The notes under the pieces were generated by a model. That model did no database searches, had not been told where the DNA came from, and saw only the letters and a list, made by a program, of their open reading frames with translations. Made by a program: the position numbers and the translations under genes. A stretch of DNA of 64,000 bases from NCBI GenBank assembly GCA_963823665.1, contig CAWGMQ010000005.1:160001-224000 (forward strand), written 5' to 3'. Within the stretch, counting starts at the first letter, position 1, and each line of letters begins with the position of its first letter. Below are positions 38,818 through 49,700 of the stretch, piece by piece. The stretch comes from an uncultured Planctomycetota bacterium (GTDB lineage: Bacteria; Planctomycetota; Planctomycetia; Isosphaerales; Isosphaeraceae).

Positions 38818-39309
38818 ATGCCCGAGACGTTCGCCCTATCCGAATCGGCCGTCGCCGTGCTCCGGTTCCGCGTCAAAGGCCACCAGATAACGGTTACGGA
38901 CCGCTCGATAGAGGCGTTCCGCGAGCTGGCCGCCGCCGGAATCATGGAGCCGGTGCCTGCCGCGGATGGCAACCCCGAAGCCGATTACCGCTTCACGGAC
39001 GACGGTTGGGCCCGGCGGCAGGAACTGCTCAGCGAGGCGGAGGAACAGATCGAGCGGGAGCGGTTCGAGCCGCCCGACGCGAGCAATCTCCCGGAGGCGG
39101 CCAGGGAGCTGCTGCGCCGCCGGCTGGCTGGTGATCGAGAGGTGACGGAGGCCAATCGGCCACTCTATCGCGAGCTGGTGGCGGCGCGGATCATGTATCC
39201 GGTCTCGACTTGGGTCGGCGGCCCGGAGTCAGTTTTCCGTTTCACCCGCGCGGGGTGGGAGCGTCGGGAGGAATGGATCAAAGTCTGCGCTGACGCTCTC
39301 CATCCCTGA
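38818..39309 (+). CDS. Hypothetical protein with two internal winged-helix-like repeats (copy 1)
   Basis: AGGAGG RBS; LSESAVAVLR..FRELAAAGIMEPV..YRFTDDGWARR and LPEAARELLR..YRELVAARIMYPV..FRFTRAGWERR. Confidence 0.8.
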   Translation: MPETFALSESAVAVLRFRVKGHQITVTDRSIEAFRELAAAGIMEPVPAADGNPEADYRFTDDGWARRQELLSEAEEQIERERFEPPDASNLPEAARELLRRRLAGDREVTEANRPLYRELVAARIMYPVSTWVGGPESVFRFTRAGWERREEWIKVCADALHP

Positions 39310-39811
39310 TTTTCCAGGCCAGTTCGCGCGCCTCATGCCGGACGGGTAACTCCGTGTCCGGAGCATGTTCGTAGGCGTATTCGTGGCTGCCGCCGCCTTT
39401 GGATTCCTCATATTCGTGCGCGATGCCAGAATCGATCCTGTCCCTCAAGCGAGCCTTTGTGTAGGCGTCTGATGCTTCCGGCCCGAGGCGTTTGAACAGA
39501 TCAGGGTTTAGTATCCCGCTGTCGAGATTGAGTCTCCCGTCTGGCGTGTTGCCGCCACCATTGGCCTCGTGAGGAATGAAGGCGGCGTGCCGGATACCGT
39601 GTTCTGGATCGCCCACTCCGATTTTCAGTGGGTCGATGCCGAGCTCCATCATCCGGCTCTCGACAAGGTAATTCAGAGGCTTGGCATACCGCTGGGCGAA
39701 ATCCCTGGCGTGCGCCGCCGGATCGTGCCACATCGGCCGCTGGGACGGTGGCGTGCCGATCATGCCGGGCTTGCGGCGGAACAACTCAGCGATGCGGCGG
39801 AACGGGTTCAT
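39278..39811 (-). CDS. Hypothetical protein with a HEYEE..HE motif, convergent and overlapping the previous gene
   Basis: 177-aa ORF containing IDSGIAHEYEESKGGGSHEYA; its 3' part is conserved in block B copy 2. Confidence 0.7.
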   Translation of the reverse strand: MNPFRRIAELFRRKPGMIGTPPSQRPMWHDPAAHARDFAQRYAKPLNYLVESRMMELGIDPLKIGVGDPEHGIRHAAFIPHEANGGGNTPDGRLNLDSGILNPDLFKRLGPEASDAYTKARLRDRIDSGIAHEYEESKGGGSHEYAYEHAPDTELPVRHEARELAWKIRDGERQRRL

Positions 39812-40434
39812 GCCGCCAGCCTATCGCATCAGAGATCGTCGCGCAACCAGGCAGACGTGCGGGGCACTCACGCTACTCCAGTGCGTCTTGGCCGACGGGC
39901 CCCTGGGTAGAAGACTTTGAATTTGACCTGGCCAGAACGTCTTCATCCCGCTCTTTCCCCGCGGCGCCGAGCCGCGCGGAGGACATCTCAAGGTCGTGCT
40001 CAAATCCAGCAAAGTGAGGAACGAAGAAGGCGTGCGATCCCTCCGCGCCCAGAACTCGATCACTGGCGTGATCGTCAACGACATCGAAACCATCGGCTTC
40101 CAGCAGAAGGCCGAATTATCAAGTCTATACCCGTTCGCCGACATTGACTCGGCGCTGCTGCTGGCGCACGACTACCGCTTTCCAAACACATCATTGCTCG
40201 CCCTGTACGCCGCCGGCTCGGCCGCACTCGTGCTAGTCGGCCTCGCCTCGGCAGTGGGAAGCTTCATGTTGGCACTCAAGCCCAAGCCGCGACAATTCCC
40301 GTTCTTGAGTAGAAGCTGAGAAGAACCGTCGAGATCGCACGCCAGCGATTTTGGCAGTGCGGTCCAGGAACCTTGTTCCCCGATCGGATGGACATCGAGG
40401 CGGTGGTCCGCTCCGCGCCTGGCATGTCGAAAGA

Positions 40435-40760
40435 TTACCGAATGAGCAGCGGAAAATTTCCCGCCGCGCAAGTTGCGCCAAGTCTCCACTCTTGAGAAGG
40501 GGGGGTCGGGGCCGGCTGCCGAAAAGTTGCAGTACAGCAAGCGCAGATTTCCCGCCGGCAATGTTGCGCCAAGCTTCCCCCCTTAACAAGGGGGGGCCAG
40601 GGGGGGTCCGTCCCGGCGATCGCCATCACAAAACCGTCGCGCAACACAAAACGCCGAGTTGTCCACCTCGAAATTCGCCAATACGGCCCGCTTTTCATCA
40701 GCCCAGGGCCAGGGGGGTGCATTCCGGCGGCCGTCCAAGAAGAGTCGCTCGACCGCACCA
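40435..40760. mobile_element. Dispersed copy of the MITE-like element (core ~40513-40704)
   Basis: Shares AGATTTCCCGCC..AATGTTGCGCCAA..CCCCCCTT..AAGGGGGGGCCAGGGGGGGTCCGTCCC..CCACCTCGAAATT..TTTTCATCAGCCC with 31442-31634. Confidence 0.8.
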
Positions 40761-40831
40761 CACCGCGGGTCGGCAGACGTTCCACGGAATCCGGCTTTCA
40801 GGTAAAATGCCCATCATCAAGGAGGGTCGCC

Positions 40832-41323
40832 ATGCCCGAGACGTTCGCCCTGTCCGAATCGGCCGTCGCCGTGCTCCGGTTTCGCGTCAAAGGCTACCAG
40901 ATGACGGTTACCGACCGCTCGCTAGCGGCGTTCCGGGAGTTGGCCGCGGCCGGAATCATGGAGCCGGTACCGGGCGCGAATGGCAACCCCGAAGCCGATT
41001 ACCGCTTCACGGAGAACGGTTGGGCCCGGCGGCAGGAACTGCTCAGCGAGGCGGAAGAAGAGTTCGAGCGGGAGCGGTTCGAGCCGCCCGACGCGAGCAA
41101 TCTCTCGGAGGCGGCCAGGGAGCTGCTGCGCCGCCGGCTGGCTGGTGATCGAGAGGTGACGGAGGCCAATCGGCCACTCTATCGCGAGCTGGTGGCGGCG
41201 CGGATCATGTATCCGGTCTCGACTTGGGTCGGCGGCCCGGAGTCGGTGTTCCGATTCACCCGCGCGGGCTGGGAGCATCGGAAGGAATGGGTCAAAGTCT
41301 GCGCCGACGCTCTCCATCCGTGA
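40832..41323 (+). CDS. Hypothetical tandem winged-helix-like protein (copy 2)
   Basis: Near-identical to 38818-39309. Confidence 0.8.
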   Translation: MPETFALSESAVAVLRFRVKGYQMTVTDRSLAAFRELAAAGIMEPVPGANGNPEADYRFTENGWARRQELLSEAEEEFERERFEPPDASNLSEAARELLRRRLAGDREVTEANRPLYRELVAARIMYPVSTWVGGPESVFRFTRAGWEHRKEWVKVCADALHP

Positions 41324-41595
41324 TCTTCCAGGCCAGTTCGCGCGCCTCACGTCGGATGGGTAACTCCGTGTCCGGAGCATGTTCGTAGGCGTATTCGTGG
41401 CTGCCGCCGCCTTTGGCTTCCTCATATTCGTGCGCGATGCCAGAATCGATCCTATCCCGCAAGCGAGCGTTTGTGTAGGCGTCGGATGCTTCCCGGCCGA
41501 GTCGTTTGAACAGAAGATTGGAAGAACCTCGGAAGGGCTGCGTTTGAAGTTAGGCCCCACGGCCTCTGTGAACGTGATTCTATCGAAACGAGGCG

Positions 41596-41778
41596 ATGAT
41601 GGCGGCTTGGAGCTTGTCCGAGATTGAATGCGATGCGTTGGATCAATTGCGGTTCGGCGCATCGAGCACGGCGGTGTTTCGCAACGCCACGATCATCCTG
41701 ATGACTGCAACTGGTCCCTCGAAGCCCTCGTTTGCTGCAAGTCGTGGAAGGTGGCAGAACTGCGATTCCGCTCAGTGA
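41596..41778 (+). pseudogene. Possible N-terminal fragment of an IS630-like transposase HTH
   Basis: LSEIECDALDQLRF...VFRNATIILMTATG resembles IS630 N-termini; short and uncertain. Confidence 0.3.
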
Positions 41779-41895
41779 ACTGGCTCCCCTCCCTCGTCCG
41801 GATCATCATCGGCCATTTCCTCGGCGAGGCTCCGTTGCGCGGAGTGCCGCACTGTCAGGACGTGAACCGTGTCGTCCCGGATCATAAACAGTCAT
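41772..41895 (-). pseudogene. RelE/ParE toxin remnant (start codon joined to the C-terminus)
   Basis: ATG overlaps the antitoxin stop (ATGA); then, in another frame, LFMIRDDTVHVLTVRHSAQRSL...*. Confidence 0.7.
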
Positions 41896-42188
41896 CGACG
41901 GCCCTTGGCCCGGCGGAGATCCTTTTCAAGTGCGTCGAACGCGTCATCCATCGGTGTCCCCTCGCCGCGATCGACCGAGGCGATGCCCTCTTTCACGGCC
42001 TGGATGGTCTGTAGCCGCTCGGCAAGATCGAAAAGCCTCTGGTAGGAGGCCGCGTCCTGGACGACCAGTTCGGCCTTCCCGTTAATCGTCAGCACGACCG
42101 GGTTCCCAGTTTCCTTCAACTGGCGGAGGAATTCCGGCGTATTCCGCTTGAAGTCCGTAAGGGGATGGATGTCCTGGCTAAGATTCAT
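41892..42188 (-). CDS. Phd/YefM-family antitoxin
   Basis: DIHPLTDFKRNT..FLRQLKETGNPVVLTINGKAELVVQDAASYQ. Confidence 0.9.
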   Translation of the reverse strand: MNLSQDIHPLTDFKRNTPEFLRQLKETGNPVVLTINGKAELVVQDAASYQRLFDLAERLQTIQAVKEGIASVDRGEGTPMDDAFDALEKDLRRAKGRR

Positions 42189-42203
42189 TTGGCCCTCCGC
42201 TGA

Positions 42204-42234
42204 TAACATCGATAAAGCATCGAATTCGATGTTA
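42204..42234. promoter_or_regulatory. Palindromic operator upstream of the Phd antitoxin
   Basis: Perfect palindrome CATCGAATTCGATG (42218-42231); TAACATCGA (42204) and TCGATGTTA (42226) also form an inverted pair. Confidence 0.6.
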
Positions 42235-42489
42235 CTAGATCGAGGCGACCCTGGCAAGCAGAAACGTGACGGGGAGAACGCGAGCCAGCGTTTGATTGGG
42301 TTGAACTACCGCTTTCCAAACACAACACGGCTCGCCCTGTACGCCGCCGGCTCGGCCGCACTCGTGCTAGTCGGCCTCGCCTCGGCAGTGGGAAGCTTCA
42401 TGTTCACACTCAAGCCCAAGCCGCGACAATTCCAGTTCCTGAGTAGAAGCTAGAAAACGGTTGAGCCCTGACTTGGCGGTCGCTCTCAT

Positions 42490-43137
42490 TCATTCACCGG
42501 CTTCGCCCGATTCAGACTTTTCGAGCGCTTCCCTAATTCGCCGGCGAACACGCTCGATCCTCTTGCGTAACGCTTCAGGGTTGATGCCTCGACGGACGGC
42601 CAGTTCCTGCCAACTTACCCCGTCCGCGCGGCCCTTGATGATTTCCAACTCTGATGGCGAAGCACACGCCTCGATTATGGCAACCTCTTCACGGACCGCC
42701 GCGATTTCACTCGGACTCGAGCCCACTTCAGCGAGGTTTGCCAGCATTGAGCCCCCGCCAGGCGCCGCTCGCCGTGCGTCCCGCTTCGCTGCTTTTACGC
42801 GCCGGATCGCATCATGGAGCCGGTCGCGGCCGACCTTATTCAGATAGGCTTCCAACGCCTCCCATTTTGCAAACTCGACGCGATTCGCTCGGATATCGGC
42901 GATCACGCGAGCGAAGACCGACTGAACCAGGTCCTGGCTGTCAATCTGGCTCTGCAGCAGTCGAATAACGCGGGTCACTCGCAACACGCGCCGCAGTCGC
43001 GGTTCGTAATGATCGACGAAGGTGCGCACCGCATCTTCATCCCCCGCGCGAATTGCGGCTACTACGTCACCCAACGGCGACCCCGGATTCAGCAAAGATT
43101 CCGCCATCGGTTTCCTGGCAAGTGTTTCACTGGCCAT
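42490..43137 (-). CDS. ECF-type sigma factor (planctomycete kinase-associated)
   Basis: IRAGDEDA..FVDHYEPRLRR, DSQDLVQSVF, SSPSEIA, C-terminal HTH GVSWQELA...EALRKRIER. Confidence 0.82.
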   Translation of the reverse strand: MASETLARKPMAESLLNPGSPLGDVVAAIRAGDEDAVRTFVDHYEPRLRRVLRVTRVIRLLQSQIDSQDLVQSVFARVIADIRANRVEFAKWEALEAYLNKVGRDRLHDAIRRVKAAKRDARRAAPGGGSMLANLAEVGSSPSEIAAVREEVAIIEACASPSELEIIKGRADGVSWQELAVRRGINPEALRKRIERVRRRIREALEKSESGEAGE

Positions 43138-43258
43138 CGACTTTCAATTATAATCGCGTCCGCTCCCGGTGCGCTTTGCGTTCTAACCTATATCCCCGCG
43201 ACGTCCGCAGTGGGATGGCCGCGAAACGGCCTCGAATCGGCTTTCGGGAGGACCTGTT

Positions 43259-44398
43259 GTGTTGAATCGTGCGAAAACCCGTGTTGGAGCAACCCTCATC
43301 GGGTCGCTCGCGCTCCTGGCCACCCTGGGGTTCCCATCCACGTCATTCGCGCGCGACCCGCTGCGCTGCGAGATGAAAAGCGTTTCCGAAAAACTGCGAG
43401 ACTACTTCGCCGGCCGGCGTGTAAAAGAGCTAGCGGTAGGCGATGTCACCAACGCCGATCCTACGACACCCAGTACTTCCGGGCCAGGCATTCGCCAACT
43501 GCTCATCGAAGAGCTTGGCCGAGCCGAACTCAAGGTGAAGCTGCGGGCTGACGTAGGCCTGGCGGTCACGTACCGCGCCAGAAAGATACCCTTGAGGAAT
43601 AACCGGCGAGCCGAGCAGATCGTTGTCGAGATGCGCTTCACGGCCATGTTCAACGCTGACAACTCGCAGGAAGACATCCTCTCCTATCGCGTCGAAAACG
43701 AGGAAGCCAACCGCCACATCCTCGGCTTGACGGTCCCCCCTCCGACGAAGGGCACGAACCGCGAAGAACAAACGGTGCTGGCGTTTGCGAAACCCAAAGC
43801 GAACCTGGACGGAAGCGCCGTTCTGGCAGGCCAAAACGCACCGTTCGGACTGGAGATCCTCGTTGATGATAAGCCCATTCTGCCCAAGGATGAAGATGGC
43901 TTCGGGGTTGTGACTCTGCACCGAGATCAGATGTACGCCATCCGCCTGATCAACCGCTCTCCACTCGATATGGCCATACGCGTCAGTGTCGATGGTTTCA
44001 ACATCTTCGCATTCAGCGAGCTGCGGCAGAACGATGGTCCTTACAAGGGCGCTCCGCTTTACGACATGGTGCTCGTTCCGGCGAAGGGCAGCCTCGTCAT
44101 CCCGGGGTGGCATCGTACCAATAAGACGTCGGACAAATTCAAGATCACGGAATACGCCAAGACCCCCGCGGCGAAGATGAACAAGAACACGGATATCGGC
44201 ACGATCACCGCCACGTTCTGTGCGGCATGGGAGAAAACACCGCCTGACGACGAGCCGCCGGGCGCGCGTGCCCCGGGCGACGACGGCACCGGCTTTGGCG
44301 AGCCTACGACGGCGAACTACGAACCCGTAAAACGGACCATCGGCGCCGTTCGCGCTTCGGTCGCAGTACGCTACAAGGTGCCACCACCATCCCAATGA
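43259..44398 (+). CDS. Secreted two-domain hypothetical protein
   Basis: Signal peptide (SFA-R); C-domain YAIRLINRS..VSVDGFNIF..IPGWHRT..IGTITATF..GTGFG..VRY. Confidence 0.75.
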   Translation: MLNRAKTRVGATLIGSLALLATLGFPSTSFARDPLRCEMKSVSEKLRDYFAGRRVKELAVGDVTNADPTTPSTSGPGIRQLLIEELGRAELKVKLRADVGLAVTYRARKIPLRNNRRAEQIVVEMRFTAMFNADNSQEDILSYRVENEEANRHILGLTVPPPTKGTNREEQTVLAFAKPKANLDGSAVLAGQNAPFGLEILVDDKPILPKDEDGFGVVTLHRDQMYAIRLINRSPLDMAIRVSVDGFNIFAFSELRQNDGPYKGAPLYDMVLVPAKGSLVIPGWHRTNKTSDKFKITEYAKTPAAKMNKNTDIGTITATFCAAWEKTPPDDEPPGARAPGDDGTGFGEPTTANYEPVKRTIGAVRASVAVRYKVPPPSQ

Positions 44399-44417
44399 CC
44401 GGGAGGCCGAAACCGCG

Positions 44418-46655
44418 ATGGACGACCTGGCTCTGCTGGCACGCCGCGCCGGCGAACCCGCCGCCGAATGGGGCCTTCGCCTGCTCGACGGCCTGACAAG
44501 ACGTCATCAGCGGAAAGGCGGCGCTCGCGTCGAGGCCTTCCTGGGCGGGATAGCCGGCCTGGACCAGGAACGCGATGTCGTCCTCGACCTCGTCGTCGCA
44601 GAATGGACGCTCCGACGCCAGTCGGGCGGTCCGATAGAGCTGGCCGAGTACGTGCGGCGTTTTCCGACCTGGGAGGAAGAGTTGCGAATGCTCTGGGAAG
44701 TCGACCAGCTTACGCCGATTCCGGCCATGGAGCCGTACTCGACCGAGGAATACGGGACAAGTGTCCCGGCGTGGTACGTCGGCGCCGAGTCGTTACCGGC
44801 GACGTTTGGCGCTTACCGCCTTTTGCAAGAGCTCGGCGGCGGCGGAATGGCACGCGTCTTCCTGGCCGAGCCCCTGCCAGCCGGCAAACCGGTTGCGCTC
44901 AAAGTTCCCAAGCTCCCACTGGAGCAAGATTCGAAATCAGTCCGCGATCGCGACGCTCGCAAGGAGCGCTTCCTGCGCGAAGCCAGGGCGCTCCGGAAGC
45001 TGGATCACCCCAATCTCTGCCGAGCGCTTGAAGTCGGCGAGTGTGCAGGTCTGCCCTATTTCACCATGCCCTACTACCCGCGGGGCTCGGTGCTCGAAGA
45101 ATTGAAATCGAGCGGGGTCTTCGCGCAAAGCCACGCGGCGCGCCTGGTCGCCGAGGTCGCTCGCGCCATGCAGCACGCGCACGACCTGGGAATGCTCCAT
45201 CGCGACCTCAAGCCTTCAAACCTGCTGCGCGACGAAGACGGCCAGATTGTCGTTTCCGATTTTGGCCTCGTGATCGAAACAGAGTCCGACGAATCGCGGC
45301 TGACGAGCACGGGTGTCTCACCCGGCACTCCGCGCTATTTTTCGCCCGAGCAAGTTGCCGGCGAGCCGAAGCTCACCCCGGCGAGCGACATCTACAGCCT
45401 CGGCGTGATCTTCTACGAGCTGCTGACCGGCCGTCCCCCCTTCGATTGGTCCAACGTCCACGTGCTGTTGCGTTCAATCCGTGAGACCGAGCCGTGGCAA
45501 TTGAGTGTGATCCGCGCCGACATCGCGCCGTCATTAGCCGCGGCCTGCCACAAGGCGTTGGCCAAGAAGCCCGAAGACCGGCACGCCACCATGCGGGAGC
45601 TCGCCGAGGATCTCGAACGATCCGTCGAGAGTTCCTGGACCCCTTCCCAGGAAACCACACTTCCGCCGACACCCGAAAAACCCGTTACTCGGCCGCGACT
45701 GAAGTGGAAAGCCTCGCATTGGATCGCGGCGCTTTGCCTCGGACTTTTCGCGGCAATCGCCGGCGCGGCATTTTTCACGCACCTCGACCCCGCGACAAAT
45801 ACGTCATCAAGCACGGCAAAGACGGGCTCGCACTCGTCTCAATCGGGATCGCGCGCAATCGTTTCAAAGCGGGTTCCGATCAGGAGCCGCGGCTTGCTGC
45901 AACTCCTGCACGACGACCTCGAACGGCTCGAAGCCGTCGATCGTCCTCACCATCGCTACTTTTCACTCATGGCCGTGCACGACAACCCATACATCAGCGA
46001 TTCGGAATTCAGCCTCCACCTTGACGCGTTGCGCCGGGTGCTCAATCGCCTCAGCTCCGACAAGCTCGACGTGAAGGTGCATCCGGTTGACTCTTCCGGT
46101 TGTCTGCTTCGCGTTGACCTTCGAGACCTTGACTGGTCCGAATCCTATGAATGGCATGACATCCTGAAGGTCGAGCCCTACGGAGTTCGCTACGATACCA
46201 AAGCGACAACCGACGAATCGATGCGCAAGCTGGCGCGAGAGATCCGCGCGCTCATCGCACCCAGCGATGAATCGCCTGTCGTGCGAGCCGATTGGTTCAT
46301 CGATGCCGTCGCGCGGGGGCCGCTATTCGATCACTTGCTGCGGAGCGACAACAAGAACCGACAGATCGTGCCATTCGACTTGAGCGCGGCGGACGATTCG
46401 GTTCGTCGCGTCGTCGAGCTCTACCGCCAGAGCGTCATCGACACCCGCGTCGCGGCCGCGGAGCTCGGCCTCGGAACCGTGAAAGATCTGGAAACACGTT
46501 GGCCGGCAAATAAACCCGACCTCCGTAGTGCGCTCGAACGATCGTTACCCCGTAGCCAGTGGGAAGGGAAGAATACGTACGCACTCTTCTCGGATTATGT
46601 CCGCGCCCTCGGGCTGGGCGCATTGCGCGCAATGCAACCCTTCGATCAGCGGTAA
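44418..46655 (+). CDS. Membrane Ser/Thr kinase with an extracytoplasmic domain of unknown family
   Basis: LGGGGMARV, VALK, HRDLKPSN, SDFGL, GTPRYFSPEQ, DIYSLG; TM segment; C-domain paralogous to 53278-54246. Confidence 0.92.
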   Translation: MDDLALLARRAGEPAAEWGLRLLDGLTRRHQRKGGARVEAFLGGIAGLDQERDVVLDLVVAEWTLRRQSGGPIELAEYVRRFPTWEEELRMLWEVDQLTPIPAMEPYSTEEYGTSVPAWYVGAESLPATFGAYRLLQELGGGGMARVFLAEPLPAGKPVALKVPKLPLEQDSKSVRDRDARKERFLREARALRKLDHPNLCRALEVGECAGLPYFTMPYYPRGSVLEELKSSGVFAQSHAARLVAEVARAMQHAHDLGMLHRDLKPSNLLRDEDGQIVVSDFGLVIETESDESRLTSTGVSPGTPRYFSPEQVAGEPKLTPASDIYSLGVIFYELLTGRPPFDWSNVHVLLRSIRETEPWQLSVIRADIAPSLAAACHKALAKKPEDRHATMRELAEDLERSVESSWTPSQETTLPPTPEKPVTRPRLKWKASHWIAALCLGLFAAIAGAAFFTHLDPATNTSSSTAKTGSHSSQSGSRAIVSKRVPIRSRGLLQLLHDDLERLEAVDRPHHRYFSLMAVHDNPYISDSEFSLHLDALRRVLNRLSSDKLDVKVHPVDSSGCLLRVDLRDLDWSESYEWHDILKVEPYGVRYDTKATTDESMRKLAREIRALIAPSDESPVVRADWFIDAVARGPLFDHLLRSDNKNRQIVPFDLSAADDSVRRVVELYRQSVIDTRVAAAELGLGTVKDLETRWPANKPDLRSALERSLPRSQWEGKNTYALFSDYVRALGLGALRAMQPFDQR

Positions 46656-46708
46656 GCCGTTTGCAGCTCCACATGACGAAATCCGCTAACTCTTCCGGGA
46701 ACCCGGCA

Positions 46709-49700
46709 ATGCCGAAAAGGGCAAAAAAATCTGTTTCGCAGTTCATTCTCATTGCACTAGTCACGACGATTCTGTCCATCCCTGGCGATCGTTCATTCGC
46801 CGGCGAGACGGGTCAAACGGAGCTGATTCTTCCACTTGGCCATAACAGGGATGTCACATCAGTAGCCCTAAGCATAAATTGTGATTGGGCACTCACCGGA
46901 TCGGACGACAGAACGGCGATTCTTTGGGATGTCGACGCAGGCAGACCCATTCAGCGCTTTATCGGTCATCGCGCCAGATTGAATTCTGTGGCGGTGGCCC
47001 GCGACGGCGCGGGGGTCCTCACCGCTTCAGCAGACGGCACTGCGATCTTATGGGACATCGCCTCCGCCAAACCGATCCTGACGTTCAAGGGCCACGACGG
47101 GTCGGTGAGCTCTGTGGTCCTGAGCAGGGATGGCAAACGCGTTCTCACTGGCTCTAACGACCGCACCGCACGTCTTTGGGACGTCGCGAGTGGCCAGACT
47201 ATTCAGACTTTCAAAGGACATGCTGATTTTGTGACGTCCGTCGCGCTAAGCGTCGATGGTAAGCGCGTCCTCACCGGGTCATGGGACCACTCGGCGATCC
47301 TGTGGGATGCGGAGACCGCTAAGCCCATTCAGATCTTCAAGGGGCATACCAGATTGGTCGAGTCCGTGGCTCTGAGCGGCGATAGCAAGCGCGTCCTCAC
47401 TGGGTCATCTGACCACACGGCGATCCTCTGGGATGCGGAAACGGGGCAATCGGTCCATGTGTTCAAAGATGGTGATAGCAGTTGTATGTCCGTGGCATTC
47501 GTAGGGAACGGAAGCCACGTCCTGACGGCATTCTACGACGCGCTTCTCTGGGATGCTGATACGGGCAAACTCGTTCAACGAATGGCCAATCCCCAAACCG
47601 ACGCGGCGACTTCTATAGCCGTCAGCACAAACGGCAAAAGCGCTCTGATCGGTTACCGTAAGGGGTACGCAGTGCTGTGGCAAACCGAGTTTGCCCGACC
47701 CATTCAGGCCTTCAGGGGCCGCGCGAAGGTCGAGGCGCTTGCCGTAAGCATCGGAGGTAAGCGGATACTCACTGGATCGGACGAAATGACGGCCGTTCTC
47801 TGGGACGCGGGGTCGGCCAGCGCGAACCGCATTTTCACTGCGCACCACGACACAATCGACGCTGTCGCTTTAAGTCCGAGCGGCGAGCGCGCCCTCACCG
47901 GGGCTGGCTCAAGCGCGACACTTTGGGACGTTGAAACAGCGCACAACCTCCAAACCTTCAATGGGATTCCCTCGTTCGTCGTATTCGTGGCACTAAGCGC
48001 CGATGGCAGACGCGTACTGACAGGGTCGTGGAACGGGACTTCAATCCTCTGGGACGTTGCGACGGCCACGTCCATCCAAACCTTCAAGGGCCACTACGCA
48101 ACCAACGATTGTTTGGCACTGAGCGGCGACGGCACGCGAGTCCTTACCGCGCCGGACCCGTTTCGCGCGGCGCTCTGGTCCGTCGGGACCGCCAATCCAA
48201 CTCGCACCTTCGATCACGAGACCGCCGGGTATGTCCGCGCACTGGCGCTGAACGCCGACGGGACTCGCGTCCTCGTCGGCTACGGCCATGGCTTCCAGTC
48301 CCGAGAGGAAATCGCAGTTCTCTGGGACGCTGCGACCGGAAAGGACATCCAGACCTTTAAAGGACACACCGACGAGGTCCGATCTGTCGCGTTCAACGCA
48401 GATGGAAATCGAGTGTTGACGGGCTCCGAAGACCGGACCGCGATCGTCTGGGACAGCGCGAGCGGCAAACCCATACAGGTCTTCAGCGATCACAAGGCCA
48501 GCGTTAGCCATGTAGCGTTTGCCGATCGCGCTCCACTTGTAGTCACGACATCAGACGACGGCGCAACGCGTGTCTGGACCACTGGGCGCGAGCGAGCGCT
48601 CTTTTCCTTAACATCCGCGGGCGAGGAATGGCTGTTCTGGACGCCCGAGGGATATTACACGTGCTCTCCCAACGGCGAGAGCCTGATCGCGTGGAAGATG
48701 CCCGATAAGTCGCCCAGAGGCTACCAAATCGTCGGCCCCGAGCAGTTCCGCAAGAAGTTCTATCGTCCCGACTTGTTCCGCCACCTCCTCAAGGAGCTCG
48801 ATCTAAACCGCGCCCTCGCGCTCGCGGACCGTGAACGCGGCGGGGTTGTCGAGGCCGCGACCTCGATCGCCCATGCACTGCCGCCGAACGTCGGGATCAT
48901 CAAGCCCGATCGGGATGGCGAGGTCAGCACCGAGAAGCTGACGGTCGAGTCGCTCGCATTCAGTGTTGGCGATCAGCCGGTCAACCGAATGCGCCTGCTC
49001 GTCGACGGCCGGCCATATCAGGGAAACCTGGGCAGCTTCACCATACCCGAGCCCAAGCTGGGTGAAGTGCGCTGGAGCAAGGAGATCGAGCTCGAGCCGG
49101 GCGACCACACGATTCAGGTCATCGCCGAAAGCGTGAGCGAAGGACGATCGAGGGTCTTCCGCATTCGCCGCAAGGCGATCGTCGAAACTTTGCCACGACT
49201 TAGTGTCCTGGCCATTGGCGTGAGCGCCTATGAAAAGGAAGACCTCCGCAAAGACGTCTTCTATGCCTCGGCCGACGCGCAAGTTTGCTGACACGATCCA
49301 GCGGTCAAGCAAATCGCTCTACCGCGACATCCAGACAATCACTTTGGTTGACCAAGACGCCACCAAGCGGAAAATCCTCAAAGCACTCGACCAGCTTATC
49401 ACGCAGTCCACTCAGCGCGATGCCGTGATGATCTTCTTCGCCGGCCACGGCAAGCGCGACAATCAGGGTAATTTCTACTTCCTCCCCGCCGATACCGACC
49501 TGGACGAGCTCGCCTTTACCGGCCTTTCCGAGGGCGACTTCAAAGCCAAGGTCAAAGCCATCTCGGGCCGCGTGATCCTGCTCCTCGACGCCTGCCACTC
49601 GGGAGCCCTGATCGAAAACCCGGGCCGCGGCACCGATGGCCTGACCGACCGGCTCTACGTTGACCTGACCTCGAACGAATTTGGCCTGATCATGATGTGC

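Larger units (their letters stand above)
38755..41514 (+). repeat. Block B duplicated: 38755-39500 and 40769-41514 (~746 bp)
   Basis: Near-identical from GTCGGCAG.CGTTCCACGGAATCC to TTTGAACAGA. Confidence 0.9.
37884..42453 (+). repeat. Block A duplicated: 37884-38418, 39933-40420, and partially 42305-42453
   Basis: Near-identical DNA (CAGAAC.TCTTCATCCCGCTCTTTCCCC...AGAAGCT); each copy encodes YRFPNT..LALYAAGSAALVLVGLASA. Confidence 0.9.

Noticed and set aside
49270..49291. Programmed frameshift between the WD40 and caspase halves
   Set aside because: No slippery heptamer, and the paralogue is continuous here; an indel is more likely.
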